Positions 52,739 to 64,000 of a stretch of DNA of 64,000 bases are shown here, piece by piece. The notes beneath the pieces were generated by a model. The model had not been told where the DNA came from. It searched no databases and saw only the letters and a list, made by a program, of their open reading frames with translations. This stretch comes from Lama guanicoe (taxonomy: Eukaryota), in the NCBI GenBank assembly GCA_013239625.1, contig MU054001.1, forward strand, positions 2,548,151 to 2,612,150, written 5' to 3'. A program made the position numbers and the translations under genes. How positions within the stretch are numbered: the first letter of the stretch is position 1; each line of letters starts with the position of its first letter.

Positions 52739-53439
52739 TGGAGAAAACCACAGGGCCTTTGAACCTGAGGAAGAAGTTCCCTCTCTGTACTTTGTCACAG
52801 TCCATATTCAATAAGTGCTAAATAATTGATTGAATAATAATGAGAAAAAATTGGGGGTTACAAAAAGATATACTCTTTTTACTGGGAAAGAATACTCTCA
52901 TGTTTGGGGAGTATCTTTTTTGGTAGACGTTTTAAAGATCAGACTGGGAACCTCTCTGCCTTAAACATTAATTACAGGCCTGGTCAGGAAGATAAGATAT
53001 TAATAGCAGAAACTCACATATGTGTGTGATGGGGAAACACATGCATATTAGCACCTCTTTTCTCTTTTCCCTCATTATGGTGCTGAAAAGGAGAGAGAAT
53101 GACTTACTGAAACAGAGAAAAGTGACCAGAAAGGATAAAAAGCCAAGTTGGATATGTTTTTGGTAGAAACTGGTTGGTATCAAGAGTATTGAACATGAGA
53201 AATATGAGAAAAGAAGCTTTAAAAAAATAAAGGAATTGCTATGTATCTGTGATTTCCTTCATTTCTCAGTCTCCAAAGAGTGATTAATGACATAAATTAT
53301 CTTCAATCATTTTTGCCAGTATTGTTATTTTACAGAATGCACGTTTAGGTCTCAGGCCTCAGTTGTATGTGGTTTGCACAAGGTGACCCACCACTGGTGT
53401 AATGAAGGACGGTCTTTCAGGATGTCTCTGGATATTCAA

Positions 53440-53955
53440 GCAATTAGAGAGCTGACTTCTTATCAGGGGGATCAGAGAAGGCTTCCTAGATGGGATAGTA
53501 TTTTATCCAGGCCTTGAAAGATGAGTGAGCTGTGGCTCCATAAAGGCAAGAGTCAGAGCATCCAGATGGAGGCAATGATTAAACTGAGAAAGCACAGATC
53601 AGGGGGAAGTGAGGAGCTCAGTGTGGTTAGACTCTTATCTGGAATATGTTGTTCACACTTGACCATTCCCAATCCTATACGTGAACCTGGACTACTCTTA
53701 GCCTTTAGGTTTCAGTAGACCTCCCTCCCTCCAATAAGCTTTCCCTGATTTCTCTCTCCATAGTATTATGTGAGACTCCTGGATGTGAATTTGGTGGTAC
53801 CCAGGGCTTCTGTTATCAGAGCACTCATCACACACTGATGTAAGCTCCTATTGGCTCCCCTGCATCCAGGAGAACAGAAGCATCTTGCTCATCACCACTT
53901 TTCTCAGCATCTGTCACAGTACTAGGGACACAGTAGTTTCTTAATAATTGTATTT
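53440..53955. mobile_element. LINE-2 fragments
   Basis: agaaggcttcctagatggga...ccttgaaagatgagt; tcacagtactagggacacagtag. Confidence 0.5.
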
Positions 53956-54914
53956 TCCCCCAGAAATACTTATATGAGAGAGAGAGTTGTTGGGGATACT
54001 TTCTGAAAAATCCTAGAAGACACTGGTCTTCTTGGACACATAACCTGCCAGGTGAGTTGATTTTCAGTCATAAGCTAAGTCATCCCCTCATTGTAACAGA
54101 CATGTTAGAGTTGACAAAACAGAGGTAATGAGAAGGAGGTTATCCAAGAAAGGCTTACGATTAATGCCAGTTGACTACTCTTTATTAATTGCTGCATTTC
54201 CTCCTGTGCCATGTGGTTACCATAAAAATTTTAAAAAGTGAAATTATTTTTAAGAATCAGAATTTTTCAATCCAAAATGGAAAAAAATACTGAAAAAATT
54301 ATCGTGGCTAAAATGTCATGCCCCAAAGCACAGCTAAAACTCACCGAAATGACAGAATTTATTTGCCTGGAAATACAAATATAGAATCCTGTCCACAAAC
54401 TCCCCCACCCAACCCTGCTTCTTGCTCCAAAATCTGTTGTCAGCGTTGTCAATCACAGCTGCTCTCTCTCTCACCCACTCACATTTATATTGAATGCACC
54501 TGTGTGACTTTAAGGTCCAAGGAGCCATAATAATAGGAGTTTGGAGTAAAAATTTTCTCCTATTGAACATAAAAGCTCAGTAAAGTACTGGCTTAAAAGA
54601 ACAGACTTAGGGTTGTTGAATGTATTATTCATATTGATGGGTATATTAATCATCTTTACAAAAAGATGTTGTTCTTTCAATTTTCTCATGCATTATAAGA
54701 GCAAAGGGATGATAAGAATTTACGACTTCACTGTGGGCCTTCCATGTTTATTCATCCAACACCGGTTTACCATGATAGGTTCTTATGGTGCAGTAGTGAA
54801 CAATGGAGCTGGTCCTTCACTTCTGGATATCACTGTCTGACTGGAGAGATGGATGGTGACCACATAATCACAGAGGTAACCATTCAATCTCAGGGTGCTA
54901 TGTGTTGGAAGGAA

Positions 54915-55264
54915 GCATGCAGGTGTCCTGAGAACCCAGAACCCTCTATAGATAGGTAGATAGGCAGATAGGCAGATAGATAGGTAGATAGATAGATAGA
55001 CAGATACATAGATACATTGATACATAGATACATACATAGATAGATATAATATATAGGCAGATGGAGATAGAGATGTATGTAGAGAGAGGAGAGAGAAGAG
55101 GGATTACTTTGTCTATATCTGTATCCATAGGTATCTTAACCTTTCTATATGTCTTTATCTCTCTGTATCTATATCTAAAAATACCTAGATATAATCTATC
55201 TATCTATCTAGAGAGATTTTTAAAAGTTGGCTCATGTGACGATGGAGGCTTGGAAAATTCCCAA
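54915..55264 (-). mobile_element. MLT2-like LTR end containing an expanded (TAGA)n/(TCTA)n tract
   Basis: gagaacccagaacc...[microsatellite]...gagattt...ttggctcatgtgacgatggaggct. Confidence 0.55.
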
Positions 55265-55668
55265 GTGTGGGTTAGTTTGCTAGCACTATCATAACAAAAT
55301 GCCACAGACTAGGCGGCTTAAACAACAGAAATTAATTTTCTCACAGCTCTGGAGGCTGGAAGTCCAAGATCAAGGTGTCAGCAGGTTTGCTTTCTTCTGA
55401 GGCCTCTCCTTGGCTTGCAAATGCCCCTCCCCTTGCATCCCCACATGGTCTTTCCTCTGTGTGCCTGCATCCATGGTGTCTCTTTGTGTCTCCAAATTCC
55501 CTCTTATGAAGACACTGGTCAGATTGGATTAAAGCCCAGACTCATGGTCTCATTTTAACTTAATCACCTCTTTAAAGACCCTATCTCCAAATATAGGCAC
55601 ATTTTGAGGTACTTGGAATTAGGGCTTCAATATATGAGTTTTGGGGGGCACAGTTCAGTCCATAACAG
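55265..55668 (-). mobile_element. MLT1A-type solo LTR
   Basis: ccacagactaggcggcttaaacaacagaaatt...ctggaggctggaagtccaagatcaaggtgtcagcagg...cagttcagtccataaca. Confidence 0.9.
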
Positions 55669-55789
55669 ATAAGATTCCATGGATAACTAGGATTTGCCAA
55701 GTGGGAAGGAGACAGAGAAAGAGTCCCTTTCCCAGAGTAAATGGAATCTTAAAAGGCACCATGGTCTTCTGGATACCTCACCTCGGCTC

Positions 55790-55975
55790 TGAGTTATTTC
55801 AACTCACATAATCTTGATGACAAGCCCGAGGTAGGGACCATTACTGCCCTTGTCTTGCTGATGAGGTAAGTGGGGAGATTAAGTAACTTGCTTCAGATCC
55901 TGCAAGTATCAGCTAGGGAGCCAGGATCTAGTCCTTGGAAGTTTGGCTTCAGGGTTCAGGCTTCAAACCACCACA
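55790..55975 (-). mobile_element. MIR SINE
   Basis: aatcttgatgacaagcccgaggtagg...attaagtaacttgc...aaccaccac. Confidence 0.6.
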
Positions 55976-55999
55976 GGGGAATACATGTCTCCAGGCCAG

Positions 56000-56400
56000 A
56001 GCTCAGGTCGGCAAGGTATGAGAGACAAAGTGTGTGCTGAAAGATGAAGCAGGAGAGGGAGACAGGTGCAAAAAATTCAGGGCCTTGGAAGCTTCCAGAA
56101 GGGACTAGGACTCCCTCCTGAGATCAGTGGGGAGCCTTTGAGGGAATTAAGAGTGGGAGTGACAGGATTAGAAGATTCTTCTTGCTGCCATTTGGGAAAA
56201 GAATTATTTGAGGATAATGATATAAAGAAGGAGGCCAAGAAGAGGCTCTCCCAGTTGCCTGATAAGAGAAGACATTGACTTGGACTAGGTTTGTGATGGT
56301 AGAGATGAGAATAAATAAAATTTACTTGTTTTTATTTATGGGAATATTGGTGGTAGAAGAAATAGGACTTGGTGATTGAGTAGATATTGGGAGATGAGCC
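56000..56400 (-). mobile_element. LINE-2 fragment
   Basis: gtggggagcctttgaggg...ttggactaggtttgtgatggtagagatg...ataggacttggtgattgag. Confidence 0.65.
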
Positions 56401-57297
56401 TTTAAAAATTGTGGTGGTATGGAAGTCAAACCATCATGCTGCACACTTTAAACTTATACAGTGATGTATGTCAATTATTTCCCAATAAAACTGAAAAAAA
56501 AGCAAAAAAAAAAAAAGACACTGTGTTTAACATACATTCTATAAGCCAGAGGGAAAAAGATTGCTTATTTTAATAAATGTTTCACATACTGGGGGAAAAA
56601 GCAAAAAAAAAAAAAAGAAAAAAAGAAAAAAATTATGATGTTGTGACTCATGTGATACTCAGTTATATATTATCATACCAAACATTTTAAAATCACAAAA
56701 CTTCTGATGATGACTAATAATTTAAGATATGCTGAATACATTTCTATTGTCCAAACACATGCTCTATTGTTAGCATCTGTCTCCTTTTGCTTACTCTCCC
56801 ACCCCATTAAGAAAAAAAAATTAAATAAAGAAAACGTGCCATAGAAAAGTCAGGTTACAGCAGAGTGTAGCTAGTGGTCTGAGACCCCAGCTAAGTCCCC
56901 GTGTTTTCTGTTCATGTGACTAAAAAATAAAAAACCCTACAGTATGTGGAGATATAAAATGAGTCCATTTACAGTAACACATTTAGCTCTAAGATGTGTT
57001 ATTCTAGCCAATATGTTCATAGATGAACTGCCTTTCTGTTAAAGTGAGTTTTCCGCATTACTGGTGAAAAGAGGTTTTGGGCACATTGTGGGGAACCGGG
57101 GTGAGATACAGTGGGATTTATCACAGGCACGTTCTGTGCAACATTCAGGGCACATTCTGTCTGGTCAAAACGATTCTTCCACGTGCGGTGATCACTGTGG
57201 CTGTGAGTTCCAGGTGAATCCACCCCAGGTCCAATGCCAGCCTCTGCTTTGCAGCCTAGGTTCTCATTTGGCTAATTTTGACCGTGTCTTTTCCTAG

Positions 57298-57337
57298 ATG
57301 GAGGAGGGTAGGACTTGAACTTCGCACCGGGTCCTCG
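57298..57337 (+). other. Candidate short exon (40 nt)
   Basis: Branch-like ctaat at ~57272, pyrimidine tract gtgtcttttcctag| and donor TCG|GTAAGA. Confidence 0.3.
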
Positions 57338-57844
57338 GTAAGAATAGTGCCATCAGTGACAAAGATTTGCTGAGCTGAGCGAAAAAAATTCTAACTGAAG
57401 TATAATACTAACCAGAGTGAGAAGCAGCTGATACAAAAATAAAATAAAATGAGAAAATGATTGAGGAGCGAATGGAAGAGAGGCTTCCTGCTCCCCGTTA
57501 GACTAAATGAATACTCACCCTGAGGACACTCAGACAGGACTGGGCACTGGGTCTTCAGACAAATCTAACCTTCCCCAGTCTTATGCCCACAGCCTTAGCA
57601 AGTGGCATTTCCTACAGTAAATAGGTCAAAAGCATCTTGACCCTGTGAGGCCACAGTCAGGTACTCCTGCTTCCAGAAAGTCTCCACCAATATTGGTCTC
57701 CTGGTTCACCTCTCTCCTTGATTCCTCTGTCCTGCTGCTCCCCTTAGTCACATACCATGGATGGCATGTGATCATTTGAGGCACCACAAGGACAAGGCAT
57801 TAAATAATGTCCCACAGTGAGGAAGTTCTTGCCTTTTCTTTCTT

Positions 57845-58025
57845 TTCATTTTTATTGAATTGTAGTTGATTTACAATGTTGTGTTGGTTTCTGGTGTACA
57901 GCATAGTGATTCAGTTATACACATAGATATGGGTATATATATTCTTTAAAATTTTTTTCTGTACATATGTATTTTTATTGAAGTATAGTCAGTTTACAAT
58001 GTTGTCAATTTCTGGTGTAGTCTTT
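57845..58025 (-). mobile_element. Two adjacent or nested short L1 3' ends
   Basis: ttttattgaattgtagttgatttacaatgttg... then tttttattgaagtatagtcagtttacaatgttg. Confidence 0.8.
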
Positions 58026-58689
58026 TTCAATTCTCCTTCAATCCCTGCATTGAAACCAAGGAAAAAAGTTCAAGCTTAGCACTAATACATCTTTAATAAC
58101 TCTCTGATACTTGTTTTTTTTTTAGTCACTTTTTGGGGGTTGTTTTTTAATAAAGAGAGAGCCTGCCTTGGGCTTCAAACCTTGCCAGTGAACAGGGACT
58201 AGCTAGAATTTAATAACATTGCTATATTTTTCAGATACTTTCTATTTATGGCAAGGAATACAAGCATTCCATTTATGTTTGTGATTCAGAACTTCCTTTA
58301 AAAATAAATATATTTAAGGAAAAGGGGGTGTTAGTGGGAAATACTAAGAAATGGGAAAGGAGCTATGCAAATGTAGTAAACCTTGTGAATAACATAAGTT
58401 TAAGAAGCATAATTAGAGCACTTATGCTCTGATGCACAGATAGGCAGTGCTTCCATCTATAATAGAGTCCTGAACAGTAGGTAAAAGAAAGCTATGCCAT
58501 GGACAGAATTATCATAAGGACCAAAAAGTAATTTTTATAGAGTTTGGTGTATGTTCCATCATTGTCTTCTTTGAACTCCCAGTCAAACGTGGTCCAATGA
58601 ACATTCAACTGAGAAACAAGATTTGCCACTTTTGCCACAGCTAGTGATGTTCACACTTGATCTTCATTAGTTAATGAGAATTATACTTT

Positions 58690-58783
58690 TTTTTATTGAA
58701 GTACAGTCAATTACAATGTGTCAATTTCTGGTGTGCAGCACAATGTCCCAGTCATGCATGTACATACATATATACATTTTCAT
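58690..58783 (-). mobile_element. Very short (~94 bp) L1 3' end with TSD
   Basis: TSD atg(a/t)gaattatacttt at 58674-58689 and 58784-58799. Confidence 0.85.
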
Positions 58784-59369
58784 ATGTGAATTATACTTTC
58801 ATAACAATTTCTTATGCTTTGTTTCATCTTTTATTCTTCTTTATTTTCAAAAGGCAAAGCATAATAAGATAGTTGCCAGTTGCTTGAATGCTGATGTAAA
58901 TAAAGGGGCAACAAGGTGAAGCCTGAGCTGTTGACTGCCTGGCAGTGCCCCACTAATAGCTTAGAAGGCAGCTTGGAGAGCAGATACACAAATGCCAAGT
59001 CACAGGTGGTCCAGGGATGTCAATGTACAGAGCGCAAAATTGTACATAGAAAGGAAATTAAACCTTCAGAAATTAGCCATATGGTTTTATAGAGTGTGGT
59101 AAGCTCATATTACAAGTTCAGATTTGATCGTCATCAAATGCTGTTTTTGTTACCTATGAACTGATTTGTGTTTTCCCTCCAACAAAAATTAAGTTCCTGC
59201 TTTGTAAATAAGTTCATTTGTGTCATTGCTTTAGATTCCACATATAAGTGACATCATATGACTTTACTTCAAGAAAAAATTTTTAAAAGATTTAGTATTA
59301 AAAAACTGAAGTTCCTGAAGCTTAGGGACTTTGTTATTGTTTTGATCCCCAGCCTTGATTTGGGATGGG

Positions 59370-59940
59370 AATATGTATGCTCTTTATCTTCACAGCATCT
59401 CTTCTTTTGGACAGGGGACCCCAATTTTCTTTTAGAAATGTACCCTTGGCCCAGTCCATGTAGTTTAGATGGGACTGACTTCATCCTAGCCTCCATGGTG
59501 GACACATAACCCAGACATGGTTAAGCAATTGACTACATCCCTTTGGTCAGTGTAACTCATTGTGAATGAGTACATAGTCCAGGCTGGACCAGTAGGAACC
59601 CTACCTAGGGTTTTGCTTGAACTGTTAGAATAAAGAACTTACTACTGCTAAGTAAGTAGGATGTAAGCCTGGAACTACCAGGGCTACATACAGTCCAGAG
59701 AAATCCTGACCAAGAGGGAAGCCAATGCAGAGAAAAAGTAGAACCTTGAGTGATGGAGAGAGTAATAAAATCCAGAAAACCCTTTTTGTGCCCCTAGTTC
59801 CAACCGTTCTTGCAGGCATTACCTTTAAATTTTCCAGCTATATGAACAATGAATCTTCCCTACCTCCCACACCCCTTTTTATGTGTCAGCTAGTTTCAGT
59901 TGGGTTTTTGCGTTTTATTTCTGAAGGAGCTCTCACTAAC
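59370..59940 (+). mobile_element. Old MLT1-type LTR
   Basis: cccagtccatgtagtttagatggg...gatgtaagcctggaacta...agctagtttcagttgggtttt...ctcactaac. Confidence 0.7.
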
Positions 59941-60109
59941 TCATCCCCTCTTCCCTCCTAACAACCTACCACAGAGCCAGTCAGGTGATTTGTCCATGTA
60001 AATATTTATTGATTTCAGTGGTCCAAGGGTCCCCCCTAGATTAATGAAACAGGATGATGCCATCTAAAGGGCCCTGGGGCAACGGTCTAAAGACTTCAGT
60101 CCTTCTCTC

Positions 60110-60365
60110 AGTGCACACATTTTTACTGAGCACCTGCTTTGTGCCAGGTGCTGTTATACTGCTGAGTATACAGCATTGAACAAATAGAAGAAGTCCCCAT
60201 TTTAACAGAAATGGTATACCAGTAGGAGAATATATAATATGTCAGGTGGTGCTATATTATATGCAGCTGTGAAGAAAGATTTCCTACTAATTAGGTGTGG
60301 GACCTTGAGAGAGCCATTTTATCTTTCTGAGTCTCCTTTTCCTCACATGTAAAAAGAGAGAGTTG
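60110..60365. mobile_element. L2 3' end plus MIR fragment
   Basis: ttactgagcacctgctttgtgccaggtgctgt; gaccttgagagagccattttatctttctgagtctc. Confidence 0.65.
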
Positions 60366-60825
60366 CGATGCTCACTCTTGGCTTTTTCCTTTCCAAAATG
60401 GACAGCAGCCACCACCACCACCATCTCCATTTCATGATACAGTTTCAGGAACCTGAGTTCAGGAGCATACTGGAAAGTACGTTCCTTGGTAGCTGACATT
60501 TCCAAGAAATGTTATGTTTGTCGGGGTTTATTGGTACACTTCTCTGTGAATAGTTTTGAGAGCTATGAATTCTTTCTTGTTCAGATTTCCCAGAAAAAAA
60601 GGCAGATTCTTATGGGATTTGGGAGCCGCCTAACCCAGCTGGATTCCCTTGTGGTCTTCACCTGAAAGCCCTATCAGAATGTACCTGTTCGGTCAGGGAG
60701 CCTTCCCTGAAATCAGTGACACTTTGTTCATAATCACATTTGGTGAAAAGTTTCTGTTGTCTCTGAACCGTGGCTAAGTTGAGACTCCCCCCCCCCCGCC
60801 CCAGTACAGCTCCTCAGTTAATCAC

Positions 60826-61228
60826 TTTACTGATCATGATCTCTGGTCTTGCCTGCCTCTTCCTGCAAGTTTTCAGAACCCTCAGAACGTCTCTCCCAAT
60901 GGAAATGGTCTCAGAAGCATGATCACCACTGACTTCTACAGTGATACCATAAATACAATTTGGCTCTGAAGAGTGAAGAGCATTCTGTGTCTCTCAAGTG
61001 ATGTTTTTCGACCTTATTTGCATAATAATTTTACTGATCATGATCTCTGGTCTTGCCTGCCTCTTCCTGCAAGTTTTCAGAACCCTCAGAACGTCTCTCC
61101 CAATGGAAATGGTCTCAGAAGCATGATCACCACTGACTTCTACAGTGATACCATAAATACAATTTGGCTCTGAAGAGTGAAGAGCATTCTGTGTCTCTCA
61201 AGTGATGTTTTTCGACCTTATTTGCATA
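60826..61228 (+). repeat. Perfect tandem duplication, 2 x 199 bp with a 5-bp spacer
   Basis: 60826-61024 is identical to 61030-61228 on manual comparison; spacer ataat. Confidence 0.97.
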
Positions 61229-63323
61229 TTTTTCTCTTCTTTTAGCAAATATTTCATGAACATATACTATGTGCCAGTGGATGCTTGGCACATCCGCTTG
61301 GTCCAGTGCTTCTGGGAGGTGTAGGGGAGAATGAAATCTGATTTGGGGCAACCCTGCTTCTTACGCTCACCTTGGCACTCTACCTACTACATGCTAACCC
61401 ACCACTCCTCACTCCTACATCTTGCCCATGGCTACATCGCCAGTCACTCCCTTCTAAAGCAATTCCAAGGATGCCTTGCCAGACCTCTAGGGCATCAGTC
61501 TCTTGGAAAAATATATCTCTTGATTTTTCCTAAAAGCTGTTTTGAAAGATGACTGTGAGTCCTCTAAGAGTGATTCCTCAAGAAGCAATCTGGAGCTTGA
61601 GCATGTAAATCCCTTATGAACCCTTCCTGATCATTCAGACCATGGTACTAGTTTTGTTTAGACTGAAAGCACTTGGAGTGTCCACTGAAGGGATGTAGGT
61701 TTTACTTAACCCCAAATTGGCATGGCTTTGGTAGGCTATAATTTTGGGGTCTCTGGCATCAACAGTGCAATTTGTATGACCCCAGGTAGTGCTACTTTAG
61801 TTTCAACCAGCTGAGTAAGTCCCATGGCCTTTGCCATGTTCATTTCTGTGTTACGAGTGTTGGAATCACTCCTCTGGTCCCATGATCCTGCTGTTTGGTG
61901 ACATTTCTCCCAAGGAGAGAAAGCACATCTTATTTCTCTTAATCTTCCCAGCACCTTGCACACTGTTTTGCATGCATTGAGTGCCCAGTGAATGTTTTGA
62001 CAATTGGATTTTGAATCAGTTACTTTCTTGGCTAGCTGTTGACAATACCCTAGCTTCTTGATAAAGTAAAACCTTATGTTGGTCACTGAATTTCTATCAA
62101 AGGCATTGCAAACTAGTTATTGATTTTTTTTTAAGAAAAAGAAGCAAATCTACTGCGTGTACTCTTGCACTAAAATGTGAGCTAAAACAGCCAGATATGA
62201 CTCACATGTCACATGAAATTCCTATAAATTAATAACAATAAAAATAAAAGAATGATATCAAGTGGGGATTTATTTAACATCAAACATCAGCTAATTACAC
62301 TATCTGGAGACAATCTCAAGCACTCTCTGTAATCCAAAAGGTTTTACGGCTCAACTCTATGCTTTTCTCTATTTCCCCATTTCTTCATTCATCCATGCTG
62401 CTCTCGCTCTGTCCTGCTCTCTTTCAATCTCAGCATGAAACTGTCTCTTCACTGTTTCCACCAAAAACTCATTTACACACAAGCATTTTGTGAATTTCAT
62501 AACATTATTAAAGAACTGGGAGAGTTGGGAGAGAAGCCTCAGGAACAGTACACACCTACACCCATCTCCTTCCATTTTCTCTTCCACCCTCCCTCCCTCA
62601 GTGTAGAAACCATTTAATTCTTTGCTTTGTCTCACACAAAGCTCTCTGATCCATGTTCATGCCCTCTTTAACCCAAAGCATTTCTCCAGTCTCCTGGCTG
62701 AGAGCTCTGATAAAATTAAAACATGTCCATCTTATGACACCAAAAACGGGTCTCTCAAATTTTGTCAGGAGAGGTTTTCCCTGAAAGGGTATACAGTGGG
62801 TCTCCAACAGTGGCTCCGTGGAGTAGGCTGTGTTAAAACAAGTACAGTAACTGGAGGCCCCACCTTCATCCATCAGAAAGGTCTTTCCACTCAGGAAAGG
62901 CACCGAGTCCCAGTTCAGAAGGCTAACTGCCAAAAGTTTATTGTGTGCAAGAGTAGCAATTTCTAGTTTCCACAGGATGAATTAGATGAAAGGTGCTCGA
63001 TAGATGCTTGTAAATGATGCTGCTCTGGCAGCAGTGGCAGGTATCCATGCTTGAGCTCAGCGTGGTGCTGACTCGTGCTCTTCCAGTGGGAATCCGACTG
63101 CTCTGCCAACACTCCTCATCCTGAGGCTGTCAGGGAGGGCTTGCTCTCAGCTGCAGTGCAGTCCTGCAGTAGCTTGCCAAAGGGGTTGAGTGAGGCAGGC
63201 ATGTAAAATGTGAAGGATCACCAAGTTGGCCAAAGGGAAGATGGGTCAATGTGTTCATTGGAGTCTGAGTCAAAGTAAAGGATGTTTTAGGTCATGGAAC
63301 TTCCGGGGCTGAGATCTCTAGAC

Positions 63324-63540
63324 TAGGAGTCAGTCAGCTATGGCCTGTGGGCCAATTTGGTCATGGCCTGTTTTTGTACAGCCCATATTACATCCACAGC
63401 ATATATTTGGACAAACGGTTTTTACATTTTTAAACAGTTGTAAGAAGCAAAGACTATGTGATGGAAAATATAGCATGTGACCAGCAAAGCCTAAAATATT
63501 TACTATGTGGGCCTTCATAGGAGAGGTTTGCTGATCTTAC
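63324..63540 (+). mobile_element. MER58A-type hAT-Charlie element
   Basis: ctatggcctgtgggcca...cctgtttttgtacagccc...gcaaagcctaaaatatttactat; 8-bp TSD-like ctctagac/ctctggac. Confidence 0.85.
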
Positions 63541-63547
63541 TCTGGAC

Positions 63548-63720
63548 CAGTGGTACTCAGTCTTGACTAAATACCAAGGCCACCTGGGGAATCTTTAAAA
63601 GCAAAACAACACAAGCAGATAGATAACTCTGCCCTAAACAAACCTGCTGGATTAGGCTCTCCAAACTGTTTGCTAAACTATTACAGGTAGTTCTGAGGGT
63701 TACCAGTGTTGACAATGATG
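63548..63720. mobile_element. MER5-type element
   Basis: cagtggtactcag...cacctggggaatctttaaaa...caggtagttctga. Confidence 0.55.
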
Positions 63721-64000
63721 TAGACCTTTTACTTTGCAAAACTGCCTAAACACTGGCCTTGCACTCAGCCTACCATCAAGCAGAGCATCAGATCTACGTT
63801 GGATTCATCTCAGTCTCTGTTTCAGCAGAAGGGATGTCTGGGGCAAGAGAAAGAGAAAGTCCCCAAGAAAGTTTCAACATTGCCCAGGAAAAAAATGTGA
63901 AAAGTTACCAAAAAAGCTGATATTTACCAAGCACTATGGTATTTGCTGAACACGTTATATACATTTTCACAATGATTCTTGCAGCAACTCTGTTAAGCAA

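Noticed and set aside
60786..60802. C-run as a G-quadruplex or CpG-island promoter
   Set aside because: An isolated homopolymer; no CpG island is visible anywhere in the window.
60826..61228. C/D-box snoRNA pair or CRISPR-like array
   Set aside because: No canonical RUGAUGA box with a terminal stem; only two long identical units with no spacers, in mammalian DNA.

Overview
Mammalian genomic DNA, almost certainly camelid: it carries a Vic-1-type tRNA-derived SINE and several short, young L1 3' ends with intact target-site duplications. The window is AT-rich and repeat-dense (L1, L2, MIR, MLT/ERV LTRs, hAT and Tc2 fossils) and looks intronic or intergenic. I recognise no protein-coding gene, and the listed ORFs appear to be chance or repeat-derived. 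The most striking structure is a ~720-bp inverted duplication (39776-40499 / 43455-44177) around a ~2.95-kb spacer. By manual comparison its outer ~580 bp are ~98-99% identical and its inner ~145 bp only ~84% identical, which suggests an old inverted repeat being homogenised by gene conversion, possibly flanking an invertible segment. Other points of interest: a CCAAT/TATA promoter-like element with a first-exon-like donor ~2.7 kb downstream of the repeat, several well-formed candidate exons on the + strand, a perfect 199-bp tandem duplication, and a ~450-bp unrecognised insert with target-site-like repeats inside an old L1. Repeat family names come from recall of consensus motifs, not from a database search, and the boundaries of old repeats are approximate.
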